Of a stretch of 64,000 nt of DNA, positions 12,887 to 26,234 are shown one piece after another. The notes beneath the pieces were generated by a model, which was not told where the DNA came from, ran no database searches, and saw only the letters and a program-made list of their open reading frames with translations. A program made the translations under genes and the position numbers. The DNA is from Paraspadella gotoi (lineage: Eukaryota > Animalia > Chaetognatha), in contig CM119268.1 in assembly GCA_051294375.1 (NCBI GenBank), forward strand, positions 3,437,856-3,501,855, given 5' to 3'. Position 1 is the first letter of the stretch. The number at the start of each line of letters is the position of its first letter.

Positions 12887-15812
12887 GTCAGTTCGTTTTT
12901 CTCTCTCATTCCTTGTTTTTCACTTACCTTAAAGTAGTTGGATGACCGCGGCCAAACGCTTTTGCCAAACGCGTAATAAATAAATAAATAATAAATACGG
13001 AAATAAATATAGGTATAACGGTTTTATATATCTTAAGCGCTCGGCCGTGAAAAAATTTAAATGTTTTTTTATCGTTTTACAAATCTAAATGTTTTTTTTT
13101 TTCACGGTATCCACTTGAATTATTCATCTTTACACGTACAATAAATAATCAGATAGAATGTTAATTTTTGACTTTCATTTGCGTTTTACTTGGTGTTACG
13201 GTTTCACTGTAGACATAATCGTTTTTACTAATAAACGTCTTTTTTTATGTTAAAATATTTTTCTAGATATTTTCATATTTGGTGTTTGAGGTTGTCATCA
13301 TATCAATTGGAATTTGTAAACAAATGGCGTCATATTTATATTCTAACTTAATCGTGCGATATATTTTTCGTCTGTCGTCGATTTTTATTTCGTTTATTGG
13401 TTTGTATTTTTTTTATAAAATTCATTAGTTAGAGTTCAAGGATTGTTTACTCTATTAAATTTAAAAGCGCGAAATAACATGAATGTTTAAAATACGCGCG
13501 AAGTGGCGTCGGCTATAGATTCTAAGACTCTCTTTCTCNNNNNNNNNNNNNNNNNNNNNNNNNNNNNNNNNNNNNNNNNNNNNNNNNNNNNNNNNNNNNN
13601 NNNNNNNNNNNNNNNNNNNNNNNNNNNNNNNNNNNNNNNNNNNNNNNNNNNNNNNNNNNNNNNNNNNNNNNNNNNNNNNNNNNNNNNNNNNNNNNNNNNN
13701 NNNNNNNNNNNNNNNNNNNNNNNNNNNNNNNNNNNNNNNNNNNNNNNNNNNNNNNNNNNNNNNNNCGCAATCCTCCCGACCTTCACTTACCTTCGCCCCC
13801 TTCCCTCACCCTAATCCCGACAAAGCAGCCAGGCAACGGGGCCGTCGGCGGCGGGACGCTCCTCCGTTCCTCTATGGCGGGCGACGCCTGCCCTACAGTC
13901 ACTCTTGCCAAATCAGGTGAGTGTGATGTGAAGTGTGGGTCAGATGTGAAGTGTGGTTGAGATGTTAGATTAGGACTCACTGCTGCTCACCTTGTTCAGT
14001 TGATCTAAAGCGGTAAGTTGAACATTTAGTCTCTGGATTTATTTAAAACCTTCGCTAAAAATGCAGAAGCAAGCAAAGATACGTAAACTAAAATTATTTT
14101 GGGTGAGAAGAACAGTTGGCTGCCCTATAAATAATATTTAGCAACAAAAGCTACGCTCATCTGGTAATGTGAGCCAATTCGTGATTTCTATAAAAAAAAA
14201 CAACTTTTCTAAAAAACACTTTCATGAAACGACGAAGCTGAGTTCCGCTTGGCTGCCAAAAGAATACTCTTTCCATATGTGGTAAAGTTGAAATAAAAAT
14301 CCGGTTTCATCCGCAACTAAAGTCGATTTTTATCCGCAACAAACATTTGCAACGAAAAATCCGTATCCGTCTGCAACAGAAAAAGGTGAGTCTCATCCTC
14401 CGGTAGTTTGAAGGCGTTCACCCTTACCCAAGGGTCGCGGCGCCGTTAATATATCGGTGAGAAGAACTTACTTTTTTTTTCTTTCTTTCTCTCCGAGCTC
14501 GACCTTTTCCTGAACCCGGTGAGACTTACCTTGCTTCGTCCGCCCTCCACGACCCCGACCCCTTTCCCACCTCATCCCCCGCAAGCCCCGGGGCCGACCC
14601 TCGCCCCCTCGTGGGCCCATTGGGCCGTGGTGCGAAATAAATTTACATCTCGAGACAGAACCTGAGGTCGGGAGCGTAAATGTTTTATGGACGAAGACGG
14701 TCGTCACTTAACATTTTTATTCTTTTTAATCTCGCGAATAGAAAGTAAACTTTTTTTTTCTTTCATTTTCGATTTAAGGTTACGTTGAGTTTTATATGTT
14801 TTGATTTTTAACTTTTTTTTTAATTTCTCGACCCTTTTTTCTTTTCCTGACCCCAAAAATTCACCCTGTTGTGACCACGAACCCGATCTCCGTCGCGATT
14901 GGCGCCAATGATTCCCCCCGCCCCCCCTTTTTTTCAATCTCCCCGCCCCCTGACGACTCACCACTCGACAATCGCTTCTGTCCCCCTCTTTTAAAAATTG
15001 TGACAATTCGCTACTTCTTTTCCTTCCTCTTCTTTTCTCTATTGTTTTTAAACTTTCTCCCGTAACTTTTATATTATAATTATTATAATAATGTATAATA
15101 ATATTGTTATAATTATAATTATTATTATNNNNNNNNNNNNNNNNNNNNNNNNNNNNNNNNNNNNNNNNNNNNNNNNNNNNNNNNNNNNNNNNNNNNNNNN
15201 NNNNNNNNNNNNNNNNNNNNNNNNNNNNNNNNNNNNNNNNNNNNNNNNNNNNNNNNNNNNNNNNNNNNNNNNNNNNNNNNNNNNNNNNNNNNNNNNNNNN
15301 NNNNNNNNNNNNNNNNNNNNNNNNNNNNNNNNNNNNNNNNNNNNNNNNNNNNNNNNNNNNNNNNNNNNNNNNNNNNNNNNNNNNNNNNNNNNNNNNNNNN
15401 NNNNNNNNNNNNNNTCTTTTTTTTTTAAATCTTTTGTTTACTTATTGTTTTAACGTCTTTTGTTTGTCTTCTTCTGTTTCTTCCTTATTTCTCTCACGCA
15501 TATAAGTTCCGCCAAAGAACCGGCGCGCCTCTAGCGGCGAGGCGAAAAATCCGCAAGAAAACAAAAGACTTTACGAGCCAGTTGTTTACGAGGAGGTTGT
15601 TTAACGTCGTCGCCGAGGGAACGAGGGGGGAGAGAGGGGGGAGAGAGGAGGAGGAGAGGGAGTGGGAGAGGAGCCGAGGAAAAGAGGAGGGTGGAGGGAG
15701 GAGGGAGAAAAGTGGAAGGAAAGATAAGGTGGTGGAGAGAGAGAGGGGGAGGAGTGGATGAGCGAAAGAGGAAAGAATTAAGAAGTGTGAACGCTTGAGG
15801 CCAAAACGACGC

Positions 15813-15849
<37 letters not shown>

Positions 15850-16275
15850 NNNNNNNNNNNNNNNNNNNNNNNNNNNNNNNNNNNNNNNNNNNNNNNNNNN
15901 NNNNNNNNNNNNNNNNNNNNNNNNNNNNNNNNNNNNNNNNNNNNNNNNNNNNNNNNNNNNNNNNNNNNNNNNNNNNNNNNNNNNNNNNNNNNNNNNNNNN
16001 NNNNNNNNNNNNNNNNNNNNNNNNNNNNNNNNNNNNNNNNNNNNNNNNNNNNNNNNNNNNNNNNNNNNNNNNNNNNNNNNNNNNNNNNNNNNNNNNNNNN
16101 NNNNNNNNNNNNNNNNNNNNNNNNNNNNNNNNNNNNNNNAAATTCGCGCGACGCAGTCAGTTTTAAAACTAAGTGTTTCGCTCTACTCTCTCTCGCCCGT
16201 TTTCTCTCCCTCTCTCTCAGATTTCTCACTTCGGATCTTTCTCTCCCTCGCTCTCACTCTCTGTCTTCTCAATTG

Positions 16276-16320
<45 letters not shown>

Positions 16321-17312
16321 CTCACATTTCTTTATCTTGTTTTTCCTCATTTTATCAAATCTTTCCTGTTCCCTTTTTCTTCATTTTCCTTTTTTGCCCC
16401 TCTCCCTTTTCCCCTTTATCCTTTTTGAATTAATTTTTCGTCTTTTCTCTTTTCTCTAACTTTCCTCCCAATTTAAATCTTTCCTCCCTTTTCTTTCTTT
16501 CCTTCTTTTCTTTCCTCCTTCTTTCTTCCTCCATCTTCAAGTGTCAACGCTAACGACGCTCGAGTTTCGTCGCGAGATTGAAAACCGTCTCGAGGATTGA
16601 CTCCCAACGATTTCTCGCCTCCTTCTCGATTTCCTTTCTTCCTTCTTCCTCCCTACCTCCTTTTTTCTCTCTTCTTTCTTTCCTCCATTTCAACTCTCTC
16701 TCTCTCTCTCACCCTCGCCATCTCCTTCCCTTCGTTCTCTTCTTCCCGTTGTAAATATTCGTTTAACGGCTTTTGGCTTCAAAACGACGTAACTGGCTCG
16801 AAGGCGCTCTGTGCCACCCCTTTTAAATTTGCCACCCCTTCGTGAAAGACCCAATTCTAAGGCCCAACGCTCCTTCGATCAACACTCCATCCCTTTGAAG
16901 AGACACTTCCGTCTGCTTCAACTTTTCTCAGCGCCATTTTTAATGGAACGCCCTCCTTGAAAAATCTCTCCGTCCACGAGTATAAATTCACGATATTTTC
17001 ACAAAAAGTTTCGTTTGGAAGGCGAAGGATTTGTGCGAAACATCGTTCGCCTTAAGGAAAATGATTCCATCTCAAGTTGATTTAGTTGACTATATTAGTG
17101 TGATTTGTTTGTTAAACATAAAAACTGATTTAATTCCGTTTTTGTTTACTAAACAAATTCAAATTAAAAGCTCGGAATTTTCTTTACGATCTCAGATCAT
17201 AAATTTATCTGTGTCATTTATCACAACTCATCATCATCTTCTATCACGTAGTTGTTATTCCCAATTTATCCTCATCTTAGATTTGACCCCAATCATCTTC
17301 ATCCGGGTCTCA

Positions 17313-17349
<37 letters not shown>

Positions 17350-18146
17350 NNNNNNNNNNNNNNNNNNNNNNNNNNNNNNNNNNNNNNNNNNNNNNNNNNN
17401 NNNNNNNNNNNNNNNNNNNNNNNNNNNNNNNNNNNNNNNNNNNNNNNNNNNNNNNNNNNNNNNNNNNNNNNNNNNNNNNNNNNNNNNNNNNNNNNNNNNN
17501 NNNNNNNNNNNNNNNNNNNNNNNNNNNNNNNNNNNNNNNNNNNNNNNNNNNNNNNNNNNNNNNNNNNNNNNNNNNNNNNNNNNNNNNNNNNNNNNNNNNN
17601 NNNNNNNNNNNNNNNNNNNNNNNNNNNNNNNNNNNNNNNNNNNNNNNNNNNNNNNNNNNNNNNNNNNNNNNNNNNNNNNNNNNNNNNNNNNNNNNNNNNN
17701 NNNNNNNNNNNNNNNNNNNNNNNNNNNNNNNNNNNNNNNNNNNNNNNNNNNNNNNNNNNNNNNNNNNNNNNNNNNNNNNNNNNNNNNNNNNNNNNNNNNN
17801 NNNNNNNNNNGAGAGAGAGAGAGAGAGAGAGAGGGAGTGAGTGAATGAAGGAAAAAGGAAAGAGATTCGACGAAAACTAAAGTTTTGGTAAGTTTATGAA
17901 AACTCACTACTTCGTAGAATACAGATTTCAATATAAATTTCGTAGTTTGTAGTTGTAGTAAGAGAATGGTGATGGATTTATAATACTCTTGGAAAAGTTA
18001 AGATCGTAAAATTGGTCGGACGTATTAAGGCTTTGATTAAAATCTTCTTCAGCGCTTCTGCTTACTTATCTCAAACGCAACTAAGTCGAAATCATATTTA
18101 TAATTGATATAACTATTTTCTTACTCCCTCCTCCATCTCTCTCCAG

Positions 18147-18249
18147 GATCCTCCGTGGTATTCGGCAAAAGTTGCGGTCGAGACGTCATCTCCTTCTTTA
18201 ATCCGACGTCACAAAACTCGACCCAACATATTTACTACAATACTAACAG
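18147..18249 (+). CDS. internal exon of a low-complexity Tyr-motif protein
   Basis: ctctctccag| ... |gtaggg; open frame SSVVFGKSCGRDVISFFNPTSQNSTQHIYYNTN; its phase-2 end fits the 19707 exon. Confidence 0.55.
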
Positions 18250-19544
18250 GTAGGGGTTTGAGCGGTCGGGGGTGGATTATGGTGGATTGGTGGTCGTGAT
18301 GGCTTGGTGGTCGGGATGGCTTGGTGGTTAGGGTAAATTGTTGAGCGGGGTGGATTGGTAACGGGTCGAAGAGGGACGAAGGCGGACAAGAAAAATTGGA
18401 AAATTGTCCATTGTTCAAATGTCCTCACAGGCTATCACAATTCAGTACGGACAAATTAGTTAAAGAGGGGGGGGTGATGTCCGGACCTCCGTGCCTGGAC
18501 GACGAGGTCTCCGTTTCAAAAGATAATTTAGATTCTTGAGTTTTGATTCTCTCCCCGATGACATAATAAGCGTTTGGCTTTGATCTACCATTTCCCACAC
18601 GTTTATCTCATAGTTTATTATTCTCATTTGCATCTCGCAGTAATAATAATAATATATTTTTAGTAAACATCGTTGTTTCCTCGGTTATAATATATAAATA
18701 AATATATAAATAAATCAATATCTATTAAAGATTGTCATAAACGGTGATTATGGAAATAAACTTTATTGTGATTGATTTGACTTGTAATGAGTCGGCGAAG
18801 GTGAATCCATGAGTCAAGAGGCGACAGTTTTGACATCAAAATAAAAATGCGTTACGAGTTCGAGTGAAGAAAGTTTCATAAAAACTGCTTCTTACATTCA
18901 AAGCGACTGTGATTTGAAAGATATCATCTACCTTGATGACCTTACACTTATCATCATTCTCTGAGTGGTAGCATTGCCACGATTCTAATTTTGTTGTGCA
19001 GCTTTTACTTTCACTGTGTTATGTTCATTATCGCGCTCAATAAGAGAAAAAATATACCGACAAACATAACGAGTCGGCATCGAAGCGTAAAAGTCTCATG
19101 GTCCTTGCGTCGCAACGGACCCACATTGTGCGCGAGACTTCTCGTGCGAGTCATGGTGTGAATTTGCATGTAAGTTAACGAGCGACTGCGTTTGCGAGCT
19201 ATTCAGACATTTCACGTGCAAGTTGTGAGGGGACATGGCATGTGAGCGAGCAAGGCATACAAAATATGATGCAACAACGCATACCCGAGACCGTTCGTGC
19301 CAGCTGCGAGCCGATTGTATCTGCGAGCTTTAGTCTGACTGAGCTTGCACAACTTTCAAGCCAACGTGCGACTTTGCGTGCGAGCAATGATGAAACTGCA
19401 GACACGTTTTCGCGACTTTGCGCGCATCTGCGCGCGTTTGTAACGTCGCACGCTCTTTTTCTTCCCTTCATTAAACTCGCCCTCGCGATTCGCCCGTTCG
19501 CTCTCGTGATTATCGGAACGGGGAAAGAGAGAGAGAGAGAGAGG

Positions 19545-19576
<32 letters not shown>

Positions 19577-19591
19577 GAGAGAGAGAAGAGG

Positions 19592-19626
<35 letters not shown>

Positions 19627-19706
19627 TGATCCAACAACCAATATCCACCACCTCATTCCACCCAACTACCTTCTCTCCCCCCCCCTACCCCTCGCCCCAT
19701 TGCCAG

Positions 19707-19899
19707 ATCCAAGCCCATGTCTCGCCTGGATCGGCTCACGCGGGAGACGTTCTACGGACCCTCGAACCGCGAGTTGCTGCGCGAGCAGATCTATGGCACC
19801 GCGACGCCGACCCGCGCCGGCGCCGCCGCGGTTCCGACGTCGTCGGCGGCGTCGACTTCGGCCTGCGGAGACGCGTGCTACGGCGGAGGACAAGTTGGG
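19707..19899 (+). CDS. internal exon of the same protein
   Basis: ttgccag| ... |gtgagt; SKPMSRLDRLTRETFYGPSNRELLREQIYGTATPTR...GGGQVG; phase-0 end. Confidence 0.7.
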
Positions 19900-19977
19900 G
19901 TGAGTCGATGGATAAAGAAACGAACTCATTAATTTATTCATTTTTTTAAATATTTACCTATACAAATTTGCCCTCAG

Positions 19978-20310
19978 ATTTTGCAGCAATCCTCACCGCA
20001 TCCCGGATCGACTCACTCTCAGAGTTCTACGAGCGGCGTCGGCAGCTCCCAGACCGGCAGCGGGGGCGGCGGCAGCCCTAGAGGCTCGCCCCGACTCGGC
20101 CACCGCAGCATTATGATGCAACAACAGCAGCAGCCGGGCGGCGGCGGAGGCGGCGGCGGTTCCTTCCCGACTTCCTCGTCTTCGGTCGTCGGCGAAAAAC
20201 TGGCGGCGGCCAACGTTGATACGCCCATGTCTTCGCCTCACGGATCGCCGAAACACGGAGGCGGCGGCGGCGGCGGTGGAGGGAAAGCGGAGAACTCACC
20301 TCAACATCAG
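19978..20310 (+). CDS. internal exon, Ser/Gly/Gln-rich
   Basis: ccctcag| ... cag|gtgagg; 333 nt, phase 0-0; ILQQSSPHPGS...KAENSPQHQ. Confidence 0.75.
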
Positions 20311-20609
20311 GTGAGGCATCTATATCTGTGGACAAACTTGAAATATGTTGTAACCCGATGTATTCCATTCCAATCCTGGAAGCATGATTACGTCTGTCAA
20401 CCGCCTTGGCAGAGAAACGAATCCCTAAGGCTCGTTTTAAGCCCTGAACCCCGTTCCTGGGCTGATAGAAGTTACAGATTATCATCTTCAGACCCTTAAG
20501 CCCCTTTTGCCCATAATTTAACAATTAATCCATTTATTTATGCATATATTATTATCTCTAAAATTCTAAGAACATTTTTAATAACCCCTCCCTACTCCCT
20601 CCCTTACAG

Positions 20610-21164
20610 GCCTCCCCCCGCTCCGCCCACGACTCCCCCACCTTCAAGCCTCGCTTCCCCAAAACCCCCTCCACTTCCGTCGAGTCTCCCTCCAACTCTC
20701 CCGTCGCCCTCGTCGATCCTCCTTCCTCCAACTCCTCCCCTCAGAAGCAACAACAGCAGCCGCAGCCTCTCCAGCACCCCCTCCAGCCTCCTCATCCCCA
20801 GCAGCAGCAGCCGCCGCAACAACAGCATCCCCACCTCCAGCAGCGGCTCTCCTCTCCATCCTCTTCCTGCTCCTCCTCCTCCCGGTCACGGGGTCGGGAT
20901 CACCTTCCCCATCACCAGCCCCATCACCACCATCAGCTGCCCAAGAAACTCTCTCAGACGGAGCTGTACAAGAACACCTTCCCCAAGAAGCAGGTGGCGT
21001 CACATCCGGACCTCCAGAGTTGCTCCTCTTCCTCCCCCAAGCTGCCGTCGACGTCTTCCTCCTCCGCGGAGGACGGACTCCGCGAACCCATCTACACCGA
21101 GATTCGAGATCATCTCTACAGCGACATCAAGGAAATCCGGGCCAAGGAGTCCGTGCTCATTTGA
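20610..21164 (+). CDS. last coding exon, Pro/Ser/Gln/His-rich, ending EPIYTEIRDHLYSDIKEIRAKESVLI*
   Basis: cccttacag| acceptor, 555-nt open frame to TGA at 21162-21164. It is absent from the ORF track because it has no early start codon. No family recognised. Confidence 0.75.
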   Translation, partial: ASPRSAHDSPTFKPRFPKTPSTSVESPSNSPVALVDPPSSNSSPQKQQQQPQPLQHPLQPPHPQQQQPPQQQHPHLQQRLSSPSSSCSSSSRSRGRDHLPHHQPHHHHQLPKKLSQTELYKNTFPKKQVASHPDLQSCSSSSPKLPSTSSSSAEDGLREPIYTEIRDHLYSDIKEIRAKESVLI

Positions 21165-21505
21165 GAATCGGGTGCCGAGGAATCCGTGCTCATTTGAGAA
21201 GCGGGTGCTGATGAGTCCGTGCTCATTTGAGAAGCGGGTGCCGAGGAATCCGTGCTCATTTGAGAACCGGGTGCTGATGAGTCCGTGCTCATTTGAGAAC
21301 CGGGTGCCAAGGGATCCGTGCTCATTTGAGAACAGGGTGGGAGGTATCCGTGCTCATTTGACTCAAATATTGAGAAGCAGGTGCTGACGAGTCTGTGCTC
21401 ATTTGACAACTGGGTGCCGAGGAGTCCATGCTCATTTGACTAGCGGGTGCCAAGGAGTCCGTGCTCATTTGAGAAGCGGGTGCCGAGAAGTCCGTGCTCA
21501 TTTAA
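21141..21505 (+). repeat. 33-bp tandem array (11 units) overlapping the stop codon
   Basis: Unit GCCRAGGARTCCGTGCTCATTTGAGAAGCGGGT; unit 7 is 1 nt short and has a 12-nt insert; the last unit ends in TAA. Confidence 0.95.
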
Positions 21506-21847
21506 AAAAAAAGCGAAAGCTCGTGTTGGGATCAAAACAAATAATAAGTAATTAAACAACAAAAAAAATAGATTATTCATACACACTGTTGTAAGTCAGA
21601 ATTATTAATACTTTTTGTCGGTGAAATTTATTTTCAAAGAAACCAACGAGATTTGATATGAACTAAAGGTTTTAAAATTCAATGTTAAAATTTTAAGGTT
21701 TTCTCTTTCGTCTTTAGATTTAAGTCACCACTGGGTTTGCGGGGCGAAGGTTAGACAATGAGGCGGCGAGGCGGGTTGCTGGGGTGGAGCTGGGGTGGAG
21801 CTGGCGGGAGTGCAGTGATTCCTACGTCGAGGCTATCGATGTGTTAG

Positions 21848-21946
<99 letters not shown>

Positions 21947-22647
21947 GTCGAGTCGGATGAATTAAATTGACCAAACGATTTCCTTCGTTGCTGCTTCGTT
22001 TTGTTATTTCCACTCTGTCTCCCTCTCCGTCCCCTTCTCCTCTCCCTCTCCTCTTTTCGCCCCACCCTACCCCCCCGACCCTACCAATCAATCTTTCTTC
22101 CCTCGCCCCCTCTCCCCCCCTCCTTTCTCTCTCTCTCCTGCATGTCTTGGAAACTTGTTTAACGAGACGGACGCCCCCCCGTCCCTCCCAATATCTTGAC
22201 CCGAATTGCCAAATTTGATAAAAGCCGCCTGTCGTTTGCTAATTTCTCTTTTTATTTCCGTTTTGCATTTTCGCACTTCGAAGGGGACTCACAAAATGAT
22301 TATAATCGTACCACCGTGTACCGTATGACGGCGGTAATTATATTATTTTTTTTTTTTAGAGTTTAATTTTTCAGAGTATTGCTAAGGATTCCATCGCTTG
22401 CATTGAGATTTAGTTTTATTATTATTGCGGACCATAATTATTACTACTTGGCAATTCTACGTTATTTTTTGATGGTAACGACAAATCGAATGTTAATTTA
22501 GCACCGATTACTTTCATTTATTTTTTACATTCGAATTTAAGTTAATACGAACACGATTATCTTTTTTTTAATGTGAATGAATTTTGCTATCGTTGATATT
22601 TCGAAGCATTTGTGAATTGACTAAACAAATGTTAGTGATCACAATCT

Positions 22648-22728
<81 letters not shown>

Positions 22729-25700
22729 TCCTTATAAGGTTCTTTGGTATTAACTTTGAGAATTACGAAAGAAACACATCCTGATACTATAAATTGCGAA
22801 TCAATTGTAAAGTGAGAAACCTTAAAAAATAAAATCGCGATTACTACGTCAGGATGCGTTATCTATCACTGCAAGACCTCGGAAAAGAGAATAGAATTTT
22901 ACTTGAAAAAAAGAAAAAAAAAACAAAGGAATTGATGCTAAAAAAATTGTATTTAACTGTTCCGATGATTTTATTGTTGCGTTTTCTCGTGCGTCATGAA
23001 TCGAGTAAACTGTTCATTTGTCTTTTTCTTCGCGACGTAGTTTGACGAATTTAATAACATGTTTTTATTTTGTTTAAAATTTAGCCACTTTTTTTTTCGT
23101 GCGCTCCGTTGCTAAAACGAAATAATTATTATTACCTACTTACAAAACGAGAATTGTTTTGGTTTAAAAAAAAATACGAAAACGAAAATAATGAATTAAA
23201 CCTAGCACATCATGTTATATAGACGTTTTTAGTTCAGTTTTCATTGCGTGAGAAAAAAATTTCACTCGTTTGTACACCATGACAAATAAAAACCCTCATA
23301 TGATAAAAAAAGTATGTTTTCCTTATGTTTTCGTTTCGAAAAATGAAGGTTCATTATCTAGGTGAACATTATATGACCTTGGGATCCCTACTCGAGGTCA
23401 AGGATAGCAAATAGCTATTTAGAACATTGATAATATGTTTATGGAGTGATTAACAACATATTATACGATGGTGACTAATTTTATCAAGTTCATGTTAATA
23501 AAATTCAAACATTTTTTTCCGTGAAAATGTTTTTATTCTTGTGAAAAAAAAACAAAAAAACAGGGGATACAATTGTGATTATAAAACGGAACCGTGATAC
23601 AGCTCCAAAAAAAATGTATGCAAACGACAAAGACATTTTTTTAAAAAGTTTGACATCAAAACAATTTTCTAAACAGTTAAAAGTAAAAATTGGAAAAAAA
23701 AATAAAAGAAACAAAAAGCTGCCATCGTAGAGGAAATAATTTGGATACAAGGAGAAATTCCGCGATTGGAAAATAAGTGATCATAAAATTCACTAATTCA
23801 CTTCTCTTACTGAGGAAAATTATGCGCTTTTATTTTTTTGCTTTCTGCTTTTTTTTTCGCTCAGGAAATATTCTTCGTTTGTCTTTTGTTCTTAAAACTC
23901 GCTGAGTCTTTCGATACTGAATGGAATACAGTAGATATACGGTAGCTTCTGTAGAAATCAACAAGCAGGTCCTTCCAGAGGAGGGCTTAATGAAATCGTT
24001 CAATGAAGATCACGCTGTACATTGAACTGTGAATGAATTACAATCAATTAAATAACGATAAGCATCTTTGATGTGAACTGGTTTTTTTTTAGTCACGGAA
24101 TTGTATATATATATTGTATATATATTTCGTGAATCGTATTGTGATTTTTTTTTTTTTAAACGAAAATTAAAACACCATCATCGTCATCCTTTTCAGAGGG
24201 ACGGGGAAAGAGTGGTTGTTAGTAAGGAATTTATATTTCAATGCACATACACATAAGCTTCGTGACTCGTATATAACTCTTTGATTTATATTTTGTTTGT
24301 TTTTGATGTATATTTGTTGTTGTTTTTGTTTTAAAGTCTGGAAATAAACTTGATCGCGAATTGAGAACCGAAACTAAGAGAGAACCTAAATGTTGACAGT
24401 TGGAATTGGAGAATATATATATGTATTAAGCAGGTGGGCGGGAAAAAAAAAGGTCGAACAAAGATGTATACGTATGCGGGGTTGCAACTTTTTCTTTTTA
24501 TATATATACAACCCGATACTATTTGTATTTTTTTGAGATGGAACCAAAGTGGAATAAAAATTGAGGACGAATTTAAGCCGAAGGAGAAACGAAGGCTAAA
24601 CACAACGAAAAGGATCATGGGAGTTTTTTGTGTCGTTGATTAATTGGATTAATTAATTAATTAATTAGTATTAATTGAACGTTGAACGTTGTTCATTGAT
24701 GGTTGTTAATGATCGTGAATGAATCGACATTTCTAGTTTTTTTTCCGAGATGAGTCCAACACTTTATCAGAGGGAATTTTTTTTTCTTTTCGTCATATTC
24801 GCAAAATCATTCTTATAAAAAAAAGGGGTTAAGAAAATACTATTTCAGACCTCTTTTTTTGTTTATCAATAAAAAAAAAACCGACTTAGTTTCAAACTCC
24901 ACACAGGCCGTCCCACTTTCCTTAGGAAATTACAAAAAAGAAATATATAAATATAACAAACGATCGAAACGTAATGAAGAACGGAGAAGAATTAAATGAA
25001 AATAAACAAAATAAACAAAATATATATAAAATGTATATAAAATGACGGTTGACGAAATAGATCGTGAAGCTGGGATTAAATACGGGATTAGTCGTTCTCG
25101 TCCAAGCGATAAATATACGTAATAAAAAATGTAGAAAATAGTTAAATAGGATTTAATATAAACGCGACCGCTCGCACGAATTAAAAAAAAAAGTAAATAA
25201 GGCAGGAAACGAGCCAAGAGAGCTAACTTCCGCATAGATTCCGATCATGCTGCCCATATCCTAGTGTAGAATGCATTAGCGTTTGAGAGAGAGAACAGAT
25301 AATTGGAGACAATCCTGGGGGGGGGGAGAAATCTCATTTATTTTTTTTTTAGGATGGGGGTTAAATAAAATTTACTGCGAGATTTCAGTTTCCGTTGCAG
25401 GATTGTCGTTTTGTTTTTTCTACATTCCAATGGCAAGAAGATGCTTAAATTTAATAAAAGGAGTTGCAAATGACGAAATCGAAATATTTGGGAGGGGAAG
25501 GACACTGTCAGCAATGGTGTTCCTTTGTTGTTCCTAGATAGCCTAATCAACTATAAGACAAGAACTGAGATTTTTGTTGTTTTTTTTTGTCCCAGAGTTT
25601 TCGATGCCGAACGCCAGATGGACTTCATTCTTTCAAAATATAAAAGTTTGGCGGGATTTTTCTAAAAAAAACAAAAGATCCGTTTCGTCATTTGCGTGCT

Positions 25701-26010
25701 GCCGTAGAATAAGGGGTTATAGTTTCTAAGCTTTAACATGCATGTATTTCTAAATAAAAAATATCTACGTCATGCAACAGGATTATCGGTTCGTTAGACG
25801 CGTTAATCGGGATTAAGTATAAAAAAAATGAATAAGACAGAATTCTGTTGTTAATATTCTAAAATAAATATATCATATATAATCATTCTAGATCCTAATC
25901 GTTGAACCAGGACTCTCCCAGGCGGTGGCGTCCCTTCGCCCTACTAAAGAAGATGCTGTAGACGATCTCGGGTCCGCAGCGGGATTCTCGGGGTCTTCAG
26001 CAGGGGTTCC

Positions 26011-26234
26011 TCAGGTCTGCAGCAGCAGCCCCACCCCGCCCAGAACCCATTTTGCCGCCTTCTCTTTGGTCTTGAGGTTGAAGGTCCAGACGTAGGTGGG
26101 TCCCCGCTGCTTGGTCTTGTACACGGGGCACTCGTAGATGCCTTTCGTTTCCTGCTTGTCGACGGGAATCGCTTTGATGAAGATCACGGGCATCGATGGA
26201 GTCAGCTCTTTCAAACGGGCCTCGCTGATAAGGC
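26011..26234 (-). CDS. DNAH9/11/17: dynein heavy chain terminal exon
   Basis: cttgacag| [73 protein letters not shown]. Confidence 0.95.

Larger units (their letters stand above)
1412..16510. repeat. large inverted duplication (arms ~1412-9101 and ~9264-16510), probably an assembly artefact
   Basis: 9264 onward (tgtttatcgttccgccatattgggatttatgtc) is the reverse complement of the sequence ending at 9101. 16441-16510 mirrors 1412-1490. The arms differ by scattered 1-nt indels, and the centre is a GA run plus an N gap. Confidence 0.9.

Noticed and set aside
21208-21232. CTGATGAGTCCGTG resembles the start of a hammerhead ribozyme core
   Set aside because: No closing stem II with GAAA and no NUH site in suitable helices; most units lack CUGANGA.
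21141-21505. CRISPR-like appearance of the regular repeat
   Set aside because: Units are head-to-tail without unique spacers, the context is eukaryotic and there are no cas genes.
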